Positions 34,462 through 40,010 of a DNA stretch of 40,010 bases are shown in pieces. The position numbers and the translations under genes are program-made. Below the pieces are notes generated by a model. That model was not told where the DNA came from and did no database searches. It saw only the letters and a list, made by a program, of their open reading frames with translations. The number at the start of each line of letters is the position of its first letter. Positions within the stretch are counted from its first letter, which is position 1. The DNA comes from Dimargaris cristalligena (lineage: Eukaryota). The DNA is taken from positions 1 to 40,010 of the forward strand of contig ML002343.1 in NCBI GenBank assembly GCA_003614675.1, given 5' to 3'.

Positions 34462-36627
34462 TTAGGCCTCGGGTTCCCGTTTCGGCTCAACTTGGTGAAT
34501 ATTGAACATGCGCGTTAGACCTTGCACATGCTTGTATTTGAATTCACCCCGCAATACGACCTGACGGGCCAATTCAATTTTGCCCGGTAGGTTCCATACG
34601 ACCATGCCCACGATATGGTTATCTTCTAAATAGAACACGATCCCGCGTTTGTACTCATCCGGTCCCTGGGTTGGTGTTTGGATCGACGTGGATGTAGTGG
34701 TAGTGGTAGTAGTATTGGCGGCAGCCAACGCCGCCCGCTTAGCGGCCCGATCGGCATCGGCGGCTTGCACGCCATTGTACAGGGGTTGCATCTCGCCTTC
34801 CTCGATGGTCGCCGCCACATCCTCCGTAAGGGCTTCGGTCGCGGGTGCGGGCGTGGGTTCGTCCCGGGCCCACACGCTAGCCGTAGGCATACGGGCGTCG
34901 ACTTTCCCGACGGCCTCAAAAGAAATGGCGGGGCCCAGATCGGACCAGAAGAGCGGCTGGTGGGTGTAGGGGTTCGATTCGCCCGCCATATTTTTACCGG
35001 CTAAATGGCCCATTTGGGCGGCATTGTCGTAATGTTCGAGACGACGCCGACCGAGGAGGGTGTCGTAATAGGATGCCGCATCGCCCGCTACGTACACGTT
35101 CCGGCGGGCCTCCAGTTCGGCATTGACAACGATACCGCCGCCGCGCCCCGCGTCGATTTCCAAACCGGCCTGGCGGGCTAGGGCCACGTCGGGGTCGATG
35201 CCAATAGCCTGGACAATGTGGTCCGCTTCCACTACGGCCCCATCCTTGAATTCGATGCTTAGTTTGGGGGTAGACCCGGGACCGTGGAGCGATTCCGTTT
35301 CGCTGATCCGGGTGATTTCCTTATGGCGCAGGACATCCACACCGAGGTCCGCAATCTGTTCGGTCGTCCAGCGGGACAGGTAACGGGGGAGCACGCGATT
35401 CAGAACGGTCGAGCCGGAGAGGACCTGGGTCACTTGGAGTCGGTGCGGTTTACCCGGTCCCGACGGACTGGCCCCAGTGGTGGTAGTCAATGGGGGGGAG
35501 GGGGAGGAGGTGCGCTGGGCGAGGGTACAGGCCAGTTCAGAGCCCAGGAAACCACCGCCAATCACGACAATCTGGCGGGCCACCCGACTTTCCTTTTCTA
35601 ACGCCTCGTAGTCGGCCAAAGTACGGAAGGTACTGGTCTGGGCACGGAGATGCGGAGGCAAGTCACGGACCAGTGGCAGTTCCCGGGGGGTGCCTCCGGT
35701 GGCCAACAGTACCTTGCCGTACTGGACCACGCGGTCGGTATCCAGCGTGATTTGCTGTTTTTCAATGTCCAGTTTCGTGACCCGGTGGCCGAGCAATAAA
35801 ATCGGCGGAGGAACGCGACCGGCGGAGGCCGGGGGGCACTTATAGACCATCTCGCCGCTTTCGGGATCAGACTCCACGATGGCGTAGGCCCCGCGGTCCT
35901 TGTAGAACACCGATACTTCCTGACCCGAGGCGTTACGGAAGGTGGTGGACGAGGGGGACTGCCACATTTCCTTGGACAGCTGGGGACGGCTGTAGGGGGG
36001 CACCTCTTCGTGCCCAATCACCAGGATCTCGGCCTGGGGGTCGCTGGACTTGATGGCCCGTAGCGCGTGGTAGGAGGCTGTACCGGCACCCACCAGGACG
36101 TATTTGTAATAGCCCGCTAGGGGACGGGTTTCCCCCTCGGGTAGCGGTGGTTCAGCAGTGATGGTGGTGATGGCCGGGGAGGGTTCACCGGGGGACTGGG
36201 TTTCGTCCGCATTAGAGGAGGAGGAGGAGGCGAGGGCCGCCGACTCCGTAGTCCGAAGTGGGCGGTCTTCCCGCGGCAGCAGTTTATAGGGTTGGGAACT
36301 GCCGGCCTTAACGGGGGTCCAGCTCAGGTAGGTAAAAATAGACCCGAAGACGAGAAACGAGCCGAAGGCGAGGATCTGCTCGGTTTGGTCGTAGGGCTCT
36401 TCGGGGGCTTTGGACTGCTGGTGGCGACCATGGTCATGGTCGTGGTCATGGTGGGCCGAGGAGGCATACGCCCGTTGGATTATACGGGAAAAAGTCGGGA
36501 CGGTGGAAGTCCGGAGACGGTGTTGGGTGGTGGTTCCTAGCAAGCTGAGCGAGGGACGTTGGGGCAGTCGGAGGAGAGGGAGTTTGGAGGCCCAGAGGCC
36601 TACCGAGTGTCGAATCAATGCGGCCAT
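34462..36627 (-). CDS. AIFM1: Apoptosis-inducing factor 1, mitochondrial (FAD/NADH oxidoreductase)
   Basis: Arg/Ser-rich presequence, TM helix (ILAFGSFLVFGSIFTYLSW), YVLVGAGTAS, PYSRPQLSKEMW, LLATGG, IGGGFLGSELA, AGDAASYYD..LGRRRLEHYD, FWSDLGP and KRGIVFYL..IVGMVVWN. Confidence 0.92.
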   Translation of the reverse strand: MAALIRHSVGLWASKLPLLRLPQRPSLSLLGTTTQHRLRTSTVPTFSRIIQRAYASSAHHDHDHDHGRHQQSKAPEEPYDQTEQILAFGSFLVFGSIFTYLSWTPVKAGSSQPYKLLPREDRPLRTTESAALASSSSSNADETQSPGEPSPAITTITAEPPLPEGETRPLAGYYKYVLVGAGTASYHALRAIKSSDPQAEILVIGHEEVPPYSRPQLSKEMWQSPSSTTFRNASGQEVSVFYKDRGAYAIVESDPESGEMVYKCPPASAGRVPPPILLLGHRVTKLDIEKQQITLDTDRVVQYGKVLLATGGTPRELPLVRDLPPHLRAQTSTFRTLADYEALEKESRVARQIVVIGGGFLGSELACTLAQRTSSPSPPLTTTTGASPSGPGKPHRLQVTQVLSGSTVLNRVLPRYLSRWTTEQIADLGVDVLRHKEITRISETESLHGPGSTPKLSIEFKDGAVVEADHIVQAIGIDPDVALARQAGLEIDAGRGGGIVVNAELEARRNVYVAGDAASYYDTLLGRRRLEHYDNAAQMGHLAGKNMAGESNPYTHQPLFWSDLGPAISFEAVGKVDARMPTASVWARDEPTPAPATEALTEDVAATIEEGEMQPLYNGVQAADADRAAKRAALAAANTTTTTTTSTSIQTPTQGPDEYKRGIVFYLEDNHIVGMVVWNLPGKIELARQVVLRGEFKYKHVQGLTRMFNIHQVEPKREPEA

Positions 36628-36640
36628 GGGAAGGGAGAAA

Positions 36641-36682
36641 TAATAGTAGTAGTAATAATAATAATAATAATAGTAGTAGTAT
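36641..36682. repeat. Compound (TAG)/(TAA) microsatellite in the AIFM1 5' leader
   Basis: TAATAGTAGTAGTAATAATAATAATAATAATAGTAGTAGT. Confidence 0.8.
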
Positions 36683-37957
36683 TAGGGCAGAAGGAAATCA
36701 GATAAGGACTATGCCTACATAAGACTACCAGGCTGAGTCGAACTGGCAGTTGCTTTCTAAGCAATATTTTATATGTGGATTCCGAAGCGAAAAATGGTCA
36801 ATCTGCTTGGTTACTGCTGGAGGTTGCTCGACTGAAAAGAGATAGAGACCGCACTCACTCCTCCCCACTATTAATAGATTGGGGGGTTGCCACTCTGCTC
36901 TATCTAATAAGCTGGCACGTGGTATCTAGATTTTGATGCAGTGGGACTTTCTAGGGACGTAATTGAGAGGTTTACGCACCCCCTTACCATCAATTACCAC
37001 CCACTCACATCACAGTGGTTTTGAACTATGGCGCTTATTCTCCTGGAAAACCATTTTTTCAAACTTAGCCGCTCAAAGGACATTATTCAAGAAATTGGCT
37101 ACTTTCCCGGCACCCCTGCCGTCCCAAAACTCGGTGTTTAGTAGAATAGAAAGGTGAGTAGGTGTGCACCTACCCCCTCACCTTAGGACCCTGTATATTG
37201 GGGGTAAAGGTGTATTATTCATGTGCAGAACACCTCAGACCAGCACGATACCACCGAATTAAGTAAAGGCGCCGTGAGGTCAAATGGCAACGTTCTTTAG
37301 CTCCAATAGTACCAATTTGAGTATCTACGGTATAGGCCACTTTATTTCTGGAATTCGTTAGTTGTTTTCTGTAACACCGTTGGGGTAGGTTGTTCCCGAA
37401 AGGGACAGGTCAAGGACATGGTCGAGTCCGTAGATGGGGTGCGGTTGGGTTGATGGGCATCTAACGTAGGCCAGCCCTACACCATGTCCCAAATAGTCTG
37501 ATCAGATGTATTGCTTTTTAATGTTGTGGCGTTGAAAGGAATATAGGGTGAAGAGTGTGGGTAAAGTGCCTCAAAGTCCAGGTTGGGAAGATCGTCTAGG
37601 TAGTACCACTACATTGTCCAACCTCCCCTAGCGGGGGTACCCTAGATTTTGGCGATTTTTATATATTCAGGACTTTCGAGAGTGAGTTTTTTTCAATATG
37701 GTGGGCAGAATCATTGAATTAGGTTGAAGTCGGCCGACTATAATATACTGTATCAGAAAGTAGAGCATTTTTAATGATTGATTATTTCAAATGTGTGCTC
37801 GCTGGGCTCCTAAATGCGATATATAAGTAATGGCTTGTCTGGACAAAATCCACGTTCGGGCCATCATTGAGATACGTATACTAAATACTACATCCTTGCC
37901 TTACCTTACCTTCCCTCCCCTCCCCTCTATATAATTTATTATTCACCCTTCGGCATT

Positions 37958-39338
37958 ATGCTCGTGTTTTCCCCTTTATTCGGGAAGTTGCTATTTGGGG
38001 GCACTTTTTTTCTCAATTATGTTGGTCACGGGTCGTCCCTCCCTCCCCGCTACTTCTTATCAGAGAATCGCGATACTCTCGGCAGATTAGTATCGATGGA
38101 CTGGGATCAAGATATTCTTTCGTCTGGAAAGCCCGCATGGGAAGGTGATCCAGCCTCTAGAACCGCGGCGGATGGAGAAGAATCTGGTGATACCAGCAGC
38201 CTCGACAATTTATTCCAAAAACGGGTATGCTTGAGCATTGTTGACCAAGGAACAACCACATCATGTCAGCTGACTGAGCTTCACACGATTCCAGCCGTAT
38301 TTGAACGGCTCCGCAAGAGCGGCCGGGTGACCCAAACGGTAGGTTGAGTTGGTTAGGATATGCTGCGCCACTTGAGATACCTCCAATTGTGTGTATCGTG
38401 TAAATAAAAGTCCCCACTGGGATGGAAAAAGAGGGGAGGGGCTGGTTGACTATCCCCACTTAGCCTTTATATCCAAAATAGCCCATGCTAACTCCTCCCC
38501 CCCTACCAATACCCGCACTATTTATAAATTAACTTCATCTGATGCCTGCAGGATCGCAGCGAGCTTTGGGCCCTCGTTATGCAAATTCGACCATCGCCTG
38601 ACGTAGTTACCTACTTGCATGGTTTATTAAGTACTTTGCCGTGGCCCCAGGCCCGGTATTTGCTCTACCAATTCATCATGGGCGATGGCGAGCTACCGCC
38701 AGCACCGGCGGGTCGGGTAGCCATTCGGTACAATGCACTTGCGCACCTTGTTCTATCGTCCGACAGCCACCTTGCCCTTGACCTTGACCGGCCATATTGA
38801 GCAACAATTCGCCCAGGAGGTAGCCGAGCAGATCGTCTCAGTCCATTACCCCGCTTATTCACCCATCGCCCGGGCCTGGATGGGCCAACTCGAGAGCGTG
38901 GTAGCCATCCTGGCCGTCCGGGGCCAAACCGACGTGCTCCAGTGCCTTTTCGCGATGGACAGGCGCGTCCGACCATTATCGGCCAGGTCCCTCCTAACCG
39001 CCGTGGGCTGGGCCTTTTGGTTTCATGAAAGTCGCGCCGTGCTTGCGCTCTTAGGCCAACTACCAACGGACGCCCCGGTGGTGCCCTCCTCCGCCTTTCC
39101 TGCGTGGGCCGGAATGCAGCGGGAACTGGAATTCTGGGCGGGATTGGAGGAGGAGGCCATGCGGCGCTATTATCATACGGGATTGCAGGCATTGCTAGGG
39201 AAAAGGTTTTTACATGAAGGAGGTGGTGGCTTCGACGCGTCATGTCCCTGGGCAATATGGTCCGATACCACTAGGCCAGCGGCTATTCACCGGGACGACG
39301 TGTTGGCCATGTTAGCACATCGTACGGTATTTGTTTAA
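37958..39338 (+). pseudogene. Orphan, possibly secreted protein gene with apparent frameshift (exon 37958-38338, exon from 38552; frame switch near 38770-38797)
   Basis: Hydrophobic N-terminus. A GTAGGT donor at 38339 and CTGCAG acceptor at 38551 join in frame to the 38579 ORF, which stops at 38800. A +1-frame ORF continues to 39338. Confidence 0.55.
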
Positions 39339-40010
39339 TGGTGTCAATCAGGCCAGATGGATATATAGTTGAGTTACCGGGGATTATTATAATTCGAACC
39401 CAAAACAGGCAATTGCGGGGCCGCATTGGGCTCCAGTTCGAATCGAAACAACTATTTGAGAATCATTGTGACCAATCAGGACCCTAAGGCTAGTATCAGC
39501 TGAGGTGAGGGATTGGCTCTCCCTGATGTTGAAGGTGGTTAACTGGCGCATTGTATAGGTCATTTGCCCTGGGTCAACTATGAAAGATTATTATCAAATA
39601 CACAACTCTGCCTTCTTTCTTGTTGCTAATAATACACCTCAGGCCATTTTTCCTTTTATTTTTTCACTCGCATTATATTATATACTGTGGCGCTTTATTA
39701 AGCCGGAATATGGGGTGTGACATGTGCTTTTCAGGTCTATAGAGATATAAAAGGCAGGCAATAGGTCCTTTTCTTATACCGCTATACTATTGATTTTTAT
39801 TAGGTTTCTGTGATCGATCCAACCTAGTAAAGCCGTGGATAATCGAGCTTGCCGTTCTTTAAACCCCCCAACTTTCCTCAACCCTATTTAATTGTTATTT
39901 CGAGACGCTATGGAGGCCGTTCTCAACGCTACCGTCGCTTCGGCGCATCCCTACTTCCCTGGACCTGGCTAAGCATCATCCGTTTGGGGCGATGAATAAT
40001 GCGCGCTGGC

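Noticed and set aside
39415-39450. GTTCGAATC box-B/T-loop-like motif
   Set aside because: No flanking T-stem or cloverleaf.

Overview
Eukaryotic (fungal) genomic DNA with GC-rich exons, AT-richer intergenic DNA and short GT-AG introns. The gene content (bacterial/plant-type LeuA, animal-type AIFM1, an NRPS-type C domain, signal-peptide orphan proteins) suggests an early-diverging fungus, plausibly a Zoopagomycota mycoparasite such as Dimargaris; this is an inference. Housekeeping genes: UPF1 (5'-truncated, with an apparent 1-nt frameshift in a T6 run), a mitochondrial PPR protein, 2-isopropylmalate synthase, an FAH-family hydrolase, AIFM1 and a protein with a degenerate RhoGAP-like C-terminus. 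Accessory content: a dispersed, divergent 5S rRNA gene, a free-standing NRPS condensation domain, orphan genes and a 136-bp MITE family (GGG...CCC ends, AT target site) with 4 full and 2 partial copies. The most striking feature is a tandem pair of two-exon genes encoding signal peptide + F-box proteins (candidate secreted SCF-hijacking effectors). The boundaries of their duplication units lie next to MITE copies.
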